A stretch of 64,000 bases of DNA from Acidobacteriota bacterium (GTDB taxonomy: Bacteria > Acidobacteriota > UBA890), in assembly GCA_965214245.1 (NCBI GenBank), contig CBDCBL010000005.1, positions 28,657-92,656 of the forward strand. Direction: 5' to 3'. The notes under the pieces were generated by a model, which ran no database searches, had not been told where the DNA came from, and worked only from the letters and a program-made list of their open reading frames with translations. Both the position numbers and the translations under genes were made by a program. Shown in pieces: positions 42,942-52,276 of this stretch (its first letter is position 1; each line of letters begins with the position of its first letter).

Positions 42942-44690
42942 CTAGAAACGAACGGCCAGTCCGCCGGTAACCAGCCGCGACAAGACCGGAGCATCGCCGA
43001 TACCGAGATCAAAAATGCTGTCGTAGCTGTAACCGAGAACGTTCTGCACCTGGACCAATGCGGACCACTCGCTGGCCAGGGCGCCGAACGGCAGGGGCTG
43101 CCGCACACGAAGATCGAGGCGCTCGTACACGTTATGCATATTGCCGTCGCGGACCACGGGAACGCCTCTCTGCCAGCGATACGTGGCCTGCAAGCGCGTG
43201 TCGTAGCCGACGATGGTCTCGATGCTCGCCGCAAGCTCGTGGACGATATCAACGGCCGCCAGGTTGAGACCTACGTCCCCACTCACGAACCCGCGCTCGA
43301 CCGCGACGTTCGCCGGCAAGTCGGCCCCGTCGCGCCGCCCGTACGCGTAGCTGAACAAACCTGAGACGCTGTTCGCCAGCGTCTGGCGCACGTCGAACTC
43401 GAAGCCCTGCGTAACGGCGTCGCCGATGTTAGTGACCACATAGTCGGTGGATCCGGACGGATTTGCGAGGTAGATGCCGATCAGCTCGTCCTGAACCTGG
43501 TCGTGATAGGCACGAGCCCGCAAATCTGTGGTCCGCGTGGAGCGCTGCACGCCGATATCGAGACGCAGCGTGCGCTCGGGGTCGATCCCATCAGGCGTCA
43601 GAACGTCCATGTAGCGGACAGCCAGCGGGTCGACCTGGAAGCGAAGCTCGGCGAGCCCCGGTGCCTCGGCGTCGTACGACACGCCGGTGGTCAGCCTGAC
43701 CGATTCGATCGGCACGAAGGCGACCTGAACGCGCGGCGATATGACGGCGGCCTCTTCGAGGTAGTTGTAGTGCTCGAAGCGCACGCCCCAACCGACCTGC
43801 AAGGCGTCGTTGAAACGCCAATAATCTTCCGCGGCGACGCTGCCGACCCACATGCGGCGTCGGTCGTCGTTGATTCCCGGGATGGTCAGATCCTTGCCGG
43901 CGAAGCCGACCCCAAGGCGCAGCGTGTGGGAATCACTCATGAGGCGCGAGATCTCGCTGTGCGCCCTGACGACTCCACCGTCGGCCACTTGGCCGCGAAG
44001 AATCCAGTTTTGCTCGCCGCTGAACGAACCGAGAGAGACGTCGGTGGCGGTGCGGCCATCTTCGGCGGCACGACCACTGCCCGGCGCTACGGCCCAGAGG
44101 TTGAGCTCACCGCCGATTCGATCCCAAATCGACGCGTCGTCGTCGAGACTGCCGAGCCAGGTCGGGGCGCCGTTCGGCGGCAGTCCCGTGGCCTCGGTCT
44201 GGCGCAGAATGTCGCGCACGCGCGGCCGGAAGGCCCAGCCAAGATCGAGAGCGGCGCCGTCGGACAGCAGCGAAACTACCTGGCGCTCGGAGCGCAACTG
44301 CAGCTGGACCGGCGCGAGGCTCGGGATTGCGACCTCGGGAAGGACCGCGCTCACGAAACCGAAGCTGCGCGCCATGAGTGTGTAGACACCCGGCGCCAGC
44401 CCGGTGAAAGAAAAACGACCGCGGGTATCCGAGATCGCCATCGCCATCGGCGACTCGCTGCCGGGAACCGCAACGGCAATCAGCGCACCGAAAAGTGGCA
44501 ACCCGGCTCCGTCATATACTGCACCGGTGAGCTCGCTCTGTTGCGAGCCTTCCCGCGCAGGGGTCGCCATCGCAGGCTGTGCGGCCAGTACCGACACCAG
44601 CACCACGAGAATCAGGTGGAAATAGCGGGTCTCTGAGCGACCCAAATGAGGGATGGAGATCATGTGCAGAGGCTGCCCCTTTGTTGGCAT
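42942..44690 (-). CDS. TonB-dependent-receptor-like outer membrane protein with carboxypeptidase-regulatory-like N-domain
   Basis: Signal peptide, SDTRGRFSFTGLAPGVYTL, amphipathic strand pattern, C-terminal Phe (LAVRF); start may be 44663. Confidence 0.7.
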   Translation of the reverse strand: MPTKGQPLHMISIPHLGRSETRYFHLILVVLVSVLAAQPAMATPAREGSQQSELTGAVYDGAGLPLFGALIAVAVPGSESPMAMAISDTRGRFSFTGLAPGVYTLMARSFGFVSAVLPEVAIPSLAPVQLQLRSERQVVSLLSDGAALDLGWAFRPRVRDILRQTEATGLPPNGAPTWLGSLDDDASIWDRIGGELNLWAVAPGSGRAAEDGRTATDVSLGSFSGEQNWILRGQVADGGVVRAHSEISRLMSDSHTLRLGVGFAGKDLTIPGINDDRRRMWVGSVAAEDYWRFNDALQVGWGVRFEHYNYLEEAAVISPRVQVAFVPIESVRLTTGVSYDAEAPGLAELRFQVDPLAVRYMDVLTPDGIDPERTLRLDIGVQRSTRTTDLRARAYHDQVQDELIGIYLANPSGSTDYVVTNIGDAVTQGFEFDVRQTLANSVSGLFSYAYGRRDGADLPANVAVERGFVSGDVGLNLAAVDIVHELAASIETIVGYDTRLQATYRWQRGVPVVRDGNMHNVYERLDLRVRQPLPFGALASEWSALVQVQNVLGYSYDSIFDLGIGDAPVLSRLVTGGLAVRF

Positions 44691-44814
44691 TCTACCATTC
44701 GCCGCAAAACAGGATCAACAGATACGAGCTCCCGGTGATGTCAGGCACTTAACGCCGATTCCGTGAAACGCTCCGTCGCTTGCCCTACTCATGGCTAACA
44801 GGCATTCTGCCGGC

Positions 44815-47487
44815 GTGAGCAAGCCCCGCCTATACCTGATCGACGTCAGTGGCCACATTTTCAGGGCTTTCTACGCCATTCCCGAGCTGACGACGTCGAA
44901 AGGGCTGCCTACGAACGCCACGCTCGGCTTCACCAACATGATCCGCAAGCTGATCCGCGAGCAGAAGCCCGACTACGTCGTCGCCGCCTTCGACCCACCG
45001 GGACCGACGCATCGCCACGCCGCCTTCGAGGGATACAAGGCGTCGCGCGACGAGACCCCGGAAGACCTGTTGACCCAGCTTCCCTACGTTCGGCGCGTAT
45101 GCGAGGCGCTGCAGATTTCGATTATCGAGATTCCCGGCTACGAAGCCGACGACGTCATCGGCACCCTGACAAGCAAAGCGCGCGAAGCCGGCATCGAAGT
45201 GGTCATAGCGTCCGAAGACAAGGACCTACTGCAGCTCATCGATGACGGCGTCACGATGTTCGCCGAGCGCCAAGGCCGCGTCGTCTACGACCGGGCCCGC
45301 GTCGAGGACAAGTACGGAGTCCCGCCGGAGAGCATTCCCGATTTGCTCGCCCTCATGGGCGACAGCGTCGACGACATCCCGGGCGTCAAGGGAATCGGCG
45401 GCAAGGGCGCGCAAATGATCCTGCAGGAGTACGGAACCATCGAGGAGGCCATCGAGCACGCCGCCGAAATCACCAAGATGAAGTACGGCGAGAAACTCGA
45501 GGCGGGCGTCGAGATGGCGCGCCTGTCGAAGGAATTGGCGACGGTTCGCACGGACCTGCCGCTCGAGCTCGACCTGGATGCGTTCCGTGCCCGCGACCCC
45601 GACCGCAAGCTGGCCCGCGAGCTGTTCGCGGAGCTCGAGTTCCGGTCGATTCTGGAGGAGTTCACCGAAAGCGGCATCGACGATGTCGACTACCGGACCG
45701 TGGAGAACGTCGACGAGCTCGCCGAGGCTCTCGATCAGGCGCGCGCCGCCGGGCGCCTGTCGTTCGATCTCGAGACGACGAGCGAACAACCAGTGCGTGC
45801 TGATCTCGTCGGTGTGGCGTTGAGCTGGGAGCCCGGCCAGGGCGTGTACCTGCCGCTGGCGCACACGACCCTCGGCTCCGGCAACGCGATGACCGTCGAC
45901 GAGGCGATCGACGAGCTCGGACCCGTGCTGACCGACCGGTCGCTCAAGCTCATCGGCCAGAACCTCAAATACGACCTGATCGTGCTGAAGCGCCATGGCC
46001 TCGAGGGCATCGAGCCATGGTTCGACACGATGATCGCCTCGTACCTGCTGCATCCGACGCGCACCAGGCACGGCCTCGATGGGCTGGCAATCGATTATCT
46101 CGGCATCAAGATGACGCCGTTCAAGGAGATCATCCCGAAGAAGGGTGCGACCTTCGACGAGGTGCCGATCGACGCCGCGACGACCTATGCCTCCGAAGAC
46201 ACGGACGTAGCGCTGCGGTTGAGCGAGATTTTCGAACCGGAGCTCGAGGCGATCAAAGTCGCCGAGCTGTACCGCGATGTCGAGCTGCCTCTCATGCATG
46301 TCCTCGCCGACATGGAGCTCAAAGGCGTGCGGATCGACTCCGACTACCTCGCCAAGATGGGGGTCGAAGTGGGCGCTCAGCTCGACGTGCTGCGGAGCGG
46401 TACCTACGAGGCAGCCGGCGAGGAGTTCAACATCAATTCTCCCAAGCAGCTCGCCGGCGTATTGTTCGACAAGCTGGAGCTACCGTCAGGCGGCCGCACC
46501 GCCAAGACGGGATCGCGCTCCACCAAGGCGGAGGTGCTCGAAAAACTGGCGCTGGAGTACCCGATCGCCGGTCAGGTCATCGAGTACCGCGAGCTCGCCA
46601 AGCTCAAGGGAACGTATATCGACGCGCTCCCGGCGCTTGTGAACCCGGATACGGGGCGCCTGCACGCATCGTTCAACCAGACGGTGGCGGCCACCGGGCG
46701 GCTGTCGAGCAGCGACCCGAATTTGCAGAACATCCCGGTGCGCTCGGAGCTCGGGCGCCAGATCCGCAGGGCCTTCATCCCCGCCGACGGCTGTACGTTG
46801 CTCGTCGCGGACTACTCCCAGATCGAGCTCCGCATCATGGCCCATTTGTCGGGCGACCCGCAGTTGCTTACCGCCTTCAAGGAAGGCGCCGACATCCACC
46901 GCGCCACGGCCTCGGACATCTTCAACGTCGAGCCCGAGGATGTCACCTCGCAGCAACGCGACAGGGCCAAGGTCATCAACTTCGGGATCATGTATGGAAT
47001 GGGGCCACAACGTCTGGCGCGTGAATTCGAGATCTCCCTCAAGGAGGCGCGAGCGTTCATCGACAATTACTTCGACATCTACTCCGGAGTAGCCCGCTTT
47101 CTCGACGCCACCGTCGAGCAGGCCAAGACCGACGGTTACGTGACGACCCTGCTCGGGCGCATCCGCTATTTGCCGGAGCTGCATAGCCACCAGCGCTCGG
47201 TGCAATCGTTCGGCGAGCGCGTTGCGGTGAACACGCCGTTGCAAGGCACGGCCGCCGACATGATCAAGCGCGCCATGGTCAATCTTCACCGGCGGTTCGC
47301 GGATGAGGACCCCGACGCGGCGATCATCATTCAAGTGCACGACGAGCTGGTGCTCGAGGTTCCCGAAGACCGGGTCGAGGCATCTGCCGCTGCGGTCGTC
47401 GAGGAGATGGAGGGCGCCATCGAGCTCGACGTGCCGCTGGTCGTCAACGTCGGCGTCGGGCCGAACTGGATGGAGGCGAAGGCCTGA
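44815..47487 (+). CDS. polA: DNA polymerase I
   Basis: LIDVSGHIFRAFYA, EADDVIGT, TGRLSSSDPNLQNIP, ADYSQIELR, QVHDEL. Confidence 0.98.
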   Translation: MSKPRLYLIDVSGHIFRAFYAIPELTTSKGLPTNATLGFTNMIRKLIREQKPDYVVAAFDPPGPTHRHAAFEGYKASRDETPEDLLTQLPYVRRVCEALQISIIEIPGYEADDVIGTLTSKAREAGIEVVIASEDKDLLQLIDDGVTMFAERQGRVVYDRARVEDKYGVPPESIPDLLALMGDSVDDIPGVKGIGGKGAQMILQEYGTIEEAIEHAAEITKMKYGEKLEAGVEMARLSKELATVRTDLPLELDLDAFRARDPDRKLARELFAELEFRSILEEFTESGIDDVDYRTVENVDELAEALDQARAAGRLSFDLETTSEQPVRADLVGVALSWEPGQGVYLPLAHTTLGSGNAMTVDEAIDELGPVLTDRSLKLIGQNLKYDLIVLKRHGLEGIEPWFDTMIASYLLHPTRTRHGLDGLAIDYLGIKMTPFKEIIPKKGATFDEVPIDAATTYASEDTDVALRLSEIFEPELEAIKVAELYRDVELPLMHVLADMELKGVRIDSDYLAKMGVEVGAQLDVLRSGTYEAAGEEFNINSPKQLAGVLFDKLELPSGGRTAKTGSRSTKAEVLEKLALEYPIAGQVIEYRELAKLKGTYIDALPALVNPDTGRLHASFNQTVAATGRLSSSDPNLQNIPVRSELGRQIRRAFIPADGCTLLVADYSQIELRIMAHLSGDPQLLTAFKEGADIHRATASDIFNVEPEDVTSQQRDRAKVINFGIMYGMGPQRLAREFEISLKEARAFIDNYFDIYSGVARFLDATVEQAKTDGYVTTLLGRIRYLPELHSHQRSVQSFGERVAVNTPLQGTAADMIKRAMVNLHRRFADEDPDAAIIIQVHDELVLEVPEDRVEASAAAVVEEMEGAIELDVPLVVNVGVGPNWMEAKA

Positions 47488-47568
47488 CTCCTCACGCTAT
47501 AATTCGACCTTGCTGACGCACGCCCTTCCGGCGCGCTTTTTCATTCGACACATTTCAAGAGCACCGAA

Positions 47569-47844
47569 ATGCCCATCTACGAGTATGAGTGTCGTCGCTG
47601 CGGCCACCGCTTCGAGCTCATCCAGAAATTCTCCGACAAGCCGCGGCAGCGCTGCCCGGAGTGTTCCGGCAAGGTCGACCGTCTGATCAGCCCGCCGGCG
47701 ATCCGCTTCAAGGGCACTGGTTGGTACGTCACCGACTACGCCGACAAGAACAAGGGCAAGCCCGCCGAATCCGAGGGCTCCGAGGCGGCGTCCAAGAAGA
47801 CCGACAAGAAGACCGAGACCAAGAAAGAAAAGAAGGCCTCGTAG
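47569..47844 (+). CDS. FmdB-family zinc-ribbon protein
   Basis: [13 protein letters not shown]...CPEC...[11 protein letters not shown]. Confidence 0.93.
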   Translation: MPIYEYECRRCGHRFELIQKFSDKPRQRCPECSGKVDRLISPPAIRFKGTGWYVTDYADKNKGKPAESEGSEAASKKTDKKTETKKEKKAS

Positions 47845-47929
47845 CTCCGGCATCGCCTGCGTCGGCGCCCCTTGCCCTCGGCTACAATACCCACGCGCCA
47901 GACCCATCACACTTTCACCACGGCCTGCT

Positions 47930-49222
47930 ATGCACGACCTCGCCAAACTGCGCAAAGATCCCGAGACGGCGGCCGTGGGCCTGGCGCATCGCAACGTCGA
48001 CTTCGATCTCTCCGACCTGCTGCGCCGTGACGAACGGCGCCGCGAGCTGATCCAACACGTCGACGGGCTCAAGTCGGCGCGCAACGAGGCCGGCAAGAAG
48101 ATCGGCGAGCTCAAGAAGCGCGGCGAGAACGCCGACGAGATCATTGCCGAGATGGCGGCCGTCAGCGAGCAGGTCGAAGCGCTCGATGGTGAGCTCAGCG
48201 GGCTCGAAGAAGGAATGCACACCGACCTGCTGGGACTGCCCAACCTGCCGCACGACAGCGTTCCGGTGGGCGGCGACGAGAGTGCCAACGTGGTCGAGCG
48301 CACTTGGGGTGAGCCGCGGGCGTTCGACTTCGAGGTTCTCGATCACGTGGACGTCGGCGAGAACCTCCGGATCGTGGATCTGGCGCGCGCCGCCAAGGTC
48401 ACCGGCTCACGCTTTCCGACGCAGTTCGGCGCCGGCGCCCGGCTCGAGCGGGCGCTGGCGGCGTTCATGCTCGACCTGGCGCGCGATGAGGGCGGTTACC
48501 TGGAGGTGCTGACGCCGTTCATGGTGTCGCCGGAGTCGATGGAGGCCTCCGGGCAACTTCCCAAGTTCGCCGATGAAGCTTTCTATCTGGAGCGCGACGA
48601 CTTCTATCTGATTCCGACGTCCGAGGTGCCGCTGGTGAACCTGCACCGTGGCGAGATACTGGCGGAAAGCGAGCTGCCGATCCGTTACTGCGCGTACACG
48701 CCGTGCTTTCGCCGCGAGGCCGGCTCGTACGGCAAGGACACGCGCGGCATGATCCGCGTCCACCAGTTCACCAAGGTCGAGTTGGTCGCCTACACGACCC
48801 CCGAGCAGTCATACGAGATGCTCGAAACCCTCACCGGTGACGCCGAACGCGTTCTGCAGCGTCTCGAGCTGCCGTATCAGGTTGTCAGCCTGGCGACCGG
48901 AGACCTCGGCTTCGCCGCCGCTAAGACCTATGACCTCGAGGTGTGGCTGCCGTCGCAAAACCGCTACCGCGAGATCTCGTCGTGCAGCAACTGCGAGGAC
49001 TTCCAGGCACGCCGCGCCGAGATCCGCTACCGCCCCGAGGAGGGCAAGAAGCCACGTCTCGTGCATACGCTCAACGGTTCCGGCATCGCCATCGGCCGCA
49101 CCATCGTTGCCCTGCTGGAGAACTACCAAGAGGCCGACGGCAGCGTCACGATCCCCGACGCGTTACGCCCGTATATGGGAGGCGCCGCGCGCATCGAGGC
49201 GCTGCAGCGACCGGGCAACTGA
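47930..49222 (+). CDS. serS: Serine--tRNA ligase
   Basis: [45 protein letters not shown]. Confidence 0.98.
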   Translation: MHDLAKLRKDPETAAVGLAHRNVDFDLSDLLRRDERRRELIQHVDGLKSARNEAGKKIGELKKRGENADEIIAEMAAVSEQVEALDGELSGLEEGMHTDLLGLPNLPHDSVPVGGDESANVVERTWGEPRAFDFEVLDHVDVGENLRIVDLARAAKVTGSRFPTQFGAGARLERALAAFMLDLARDEGGYLEVLTPFMVSPESMEASGQLPKFADEAFYLERDDFYLIPTSEVPLVNLHRGEILAESELPIRYCAYTPCFRREAGSYGKDTRGMIRVHQFTKVELVAYTTPEQSYEMLETLTGDAERVLQRLELPYQVVSLATGDLGFAAAKTYDLEVWLPSQNRYREISSCSNCEDFQARRAEIRYRPEEGKKPRLVHTLNGSGIAIGRTIVALLENYQEADGSVTIPDALRPYMGGAARIEALQRPGN

Positions 49223-49329
49223 GGCGATCACGGTGGCGGGCGATCCTGTGTGCCAGGCAACGGGATACGTTCGGAGCGCTGGATTTCTCGCCGCATTTCG
49301 TTCACGCTGCCGAATCGAGGAGGAATCTC

Positions 49330-50706
49330 ATGCACCATCGACGCCTGTCCTTCGCAACAGTGATCGTGTTCACGGCCGTAACACTCGTCGTGACAAACGC
49401 CCCGGTAACTTCCGCGCAGCGCCTCGACCCGCGCTTCGGCGTCGGCGATGTGTTCCCCGACCTGACGCTACCGTCGCTCGAGGACGGCACGCCGACGCGG
49501 CTGTCGGACTTTCGCGGCCGCAAGGTGATGCTGCATGTGTTCGCCTCCTGGTGAGCGGGCTGCAGCGTGCACGTGCCCGGGTGGCACGAAGCGACAAAGG
49601 AGTGGCAGGACGCCGGTGACCTCGAGATGGTCGGCATCATCCAGGAGCAGCATCCCGACCGCGCCCGTCTCTTCATGCAGTGGAAAGAAATGGACTGGCC
49701 GATCCTCGTGGATTCCCTGAATCTGCTCGAAACGACGGTCGTGCCGTTGACCTTGGCCATCGACGAGCACGGTGTGATCCGCAAGATTCAACCACCGCGT
49801 GACGATCTCGAGACCTTCCGTGCCGAGTTCGTCGATGCGGAGTTCGAGCCACCGGGAGACATGACGACCTCGCTTCCTCAGATGAGCCGACCGGCGACCG
49901 ACGCCGTGTCGATGTATCTGTGGGAACGCGCTGCCGATCCCGACGCGCTGATCGCGGCGTTCGAACGCGCCGTCACCGCCGATCCAGGCCACGCCTACAC
50001 GCTCTTTCGCACCGGCGTCGCCTACCGCTGGCGTTACGACTCGCCGAGCTCGAAGCTGGAGGACTTCCAGGAAGCCGTGCGTTACTGGGAGCGGGCTCTC
50101 GATGTCGATCCCAACAACTACATCTGGCGCCAGCGCATCCAACAGTACGGCCCGCGGCTGGAGAAGCCTTACCCGTTCTACGACTGGGTGCCGACGGCGC
50201 GCCAGGCAATCGCGGCGCGCGGCGAGACGCCGGCAGCGCTGGTTGTGGAACCCGGCGGCGCCGAGTTTGCGAGCCCGCAAAGCGCCTTCGCCGCTGATAC
50301 CGAAGAAATCGATCCCCCCACTGTCGACGAGCGTATCTACCGCGACGACGGAGAGTTCGTCTCGGCCACGGCGACGATGGTCCCGAGCGTGATCGCAGCG
50401 GGCGGCAGCAGCCGGGCGCACGTCAGCTTCGTGCCCAACGAAGCCATCAAAGCGCACTGGAACAACGAGGTCGACGGCCTGGTGTTCTGGATCGACGTGC
50501 CCCCAGGATGGCAGGTCGACCGGCGCGCCGTGCGAGTGCCCAACCCGCCCGAGGTGGTGAGCCAGGAGACGCGCAAGATCGAGCTGGAGATCAAGGCGCC
50601 GGACGACGCGCGCGGCCGCGGCATCGCTTCTCCGCATACGCGCTCTACTACGTCTGTGAAGACGTCAACGGCGTGTGTTTGTACCGGCGCCAAGACGTCG
50701 CGTTGA
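49330..50706 (+). CDS. Exported thioredoxin-fold (TlpA/peroxiredoxin-like) selenoprotein with UxxC, a TPR-like region and a frameshifted DsbD-alpha-like C-terminus
   Basis: GAGGAGG RBS and ATG at 49330, signal peptide, FPDLTLPSL...LSDFRGRKVMLHVFASW-TGA(49552)-AGC; the frame continues into ORF 49567-50706. Confidence 0.85.
49572..49588 (+). promoter_or_regulatory. Candidate bacterial SECIS hairpin
   Basis: CGTGCC-CGGGT-GGCACG: 6-bp stem with a G-rich loop that starts 23 nt after the UGA. Confidence 0.65.
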
Positions 50707-50827
50707 TACTCGACGTCGAACGCCTAGCGCAGATTGGCCTTCCGGCCGCGACACGAGCTCGAGCTCGTCTCGAGCCTCATGGCAGCGTCGAAAGAGCAGG
50801 TGTGCTGCGGGTTAACATCAGCCGGTC

Positions 50828-51631
50828 ATGCCTGCATTCATCTGCGTTACCTGCGGCGTCCAGCATGCGGAGAGCGACACGCCGCCCGATCGCTGCGCCA
50901 TCTGCGATGACGAACGTCAATACGTCAACTTCGCGGGGCAACAGTGGACGACGCTCGATGACATGAAGGCAAAATACGAGAACTACCTCAACGAGGTCGA
51001 GCCCGGCCTCACGATGATCGGTACCCGGCCGGGGTTCGGCATCGGCCAGCATGCCTTCTTGGTACACACGGGCAATGTCCTGTGGGATTGCTGCAGCTGC
51101 ATCGATGACGCCACGGTGGCGGCCGTCGAAGCTCTGGGCGGAGTGTCGGCGATCGCCATCTCCCACCCCCACTTCTACGCCACCTGCGTAGAGTGGAGCC
51201 GCGCGCTCGGCGACGTTCCCGTCTTTCTGCACGCTGACGACAGAGATTGGGTCATGCGCCCGGACGCTTGCATCGTCCGCTGGGACGGAGAGGTGCACGA
51301 GCTCGCCGACGGCATCACCATCGTTCGCGGTGGCGGGCACTTCGCCGGTTGCTCGATGCTGCACTGGGCCGGCGGCGCTGACGGAAAGGGCGTCGTCCTC
51401 GGCAGCGACACGATCGCCGTCGGCTACGACCGCAAGTCGGCCATGTGGATGTACAGCTTCGTGAACTTCATCCCCCTGACGTCCGCGAAGGTTTGGGAAA
51501 CCGTCGAGGCAATACGACCATTCGCCTACGACCGCCTGTATACCGCCTGGCCGTCCCGGGTCATCGGGGCAGGCGCCAAGGACGCCATCCAGGCCTCAGC
51601 GGAACGTTACGTCCGCGGCAAGCCTGACTGA
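50828..51631 (+). CDS. Metallo-beta-lactamase-fold hydrolase with N-terminal Cys-rich motif
   Basis: ICVTCG...CAICDDERQYV, AISHPHFY, GGHFAG. Confidence 0.85.
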   Translation: MPAFICVTCGVQHAESDTPPDRCAICDDERQYVNFAGQQWTTLDDMKAKYENYLNEVEPGLTMIGTRPGFGIGQHAFLVHTGNVLWDCCSCIDDATVAAVEALGGVSAIAISHPHFYATCVEWSRALGDVPVFLHADDRDWVMRPDACIVRWDGEVHELADGITIVRGGGHFAGCSMLHWAGGADGKGVVLGSDTIAVGYDRKSAMWMYSFVNFIPLTSAKVWETVEAIRPFAYDRLYTAWPSRVIGAGAKDAIQASAERYVRGKPD

Positions 51632-51650
51632 GCCGGCCGGCGGTTGGCGC

Positions 51651-51676
51651 CCGGGGAGTTTTCAGCACCCTACTAG
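51651..51676. repeat. Half copy of the 48-bp palindromic repeat
   Basis: CCGGGGAGTTTTCAGCACCCTACTAG. Confidence 0.6.
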
Positions 51677-51708
51677 AGGCGCATTCGGTGTCAACACTGA
51701 ACGGACGC

Positions 51709-51742
51709 CGAACGCACCCCGAAGTCCAAAGGGGTGCGTTCG
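51709..51742. terminator. Hairpin between convergent genes (possible bidirectional terminator)
   Basis: CGAACGCACCCC-N10-GGGGTGCGTTCG, perfect 12-bp stem. Confidence 0.6.
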
Positions 51743-51755
51743 TACGAAACTAAGT

Positions 51756-52127
51756 TTAGCTACTGACGTGCTCGATCGCGTCGATCACCAGGATCTTCAC
51801 GCCGCCGCGCTCGGCATACTCGCCGGTAATCCGCACGGTGTGGCTGGCGTGGGCCCTGAGGTCGGCGTTGGGCGATTGCATACTGGCGCTCGAAGCGAGC
51901 CAGATCAGCTGCTCGGTGTCCGCTTCCAACAAAGCCAGCGGAATGCCGTTGTCGGCACAGGTCTGGGCGCACTCCCGATGGCCTGCGCCACTGGCGCCCA
52001 TCTTGACGAAGCATGCCGAATCGATCACTTCACCGGTTACCGTGACCTTCTGTGTCGCCATCGTCGGCAACGCCATGGCGATCGCCGCGACAATCACGAA
52101 GATCGATACGTAGTGGGAACGCTTCAC
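51756..52127 (-). CDS. Small secreted protein with three Cys (D-x-x-C...H-x-x-C-x-x-x-C), possibly OB-fold
   Basis: Signal peptide; TVTGEVIDSACF...HRECAQTCADNGIP; GGAGG RBS. Confidence 0.7.
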   Translation of the reverse strand: MKRSHYVSIFVIVAAIAMALPTMATQKVTVTGEVIDSACFVKMGASGAGHRECAQTCADNGIPLALLEADTEQLIWLASSASMQSPNADLRAHASHTVRITGEYAERGGVKILVIDAIEHVSS

Positions 52128-52276
52128 TCGACACCTCCCTGGAGAAAATTTTAGCGAAGGTCACATTATTGGCCTCGCGGCGCCAGTCTTCAAGGGGCGA
52201 CCGTGCTCTGCATCACAGGCCTCGGACGCCCACTAGAAGGCAGATTCGGGGAGCGAGAGCTCGGTGATCGTCTGCC

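Noticed and set aside
51680-51752. Hammerhead ribozyme (CTGA...CGAAAC)
   Set aside because: CTGAACGG does not fit the CUGANGA core; a simple hairpin terminator explains it.
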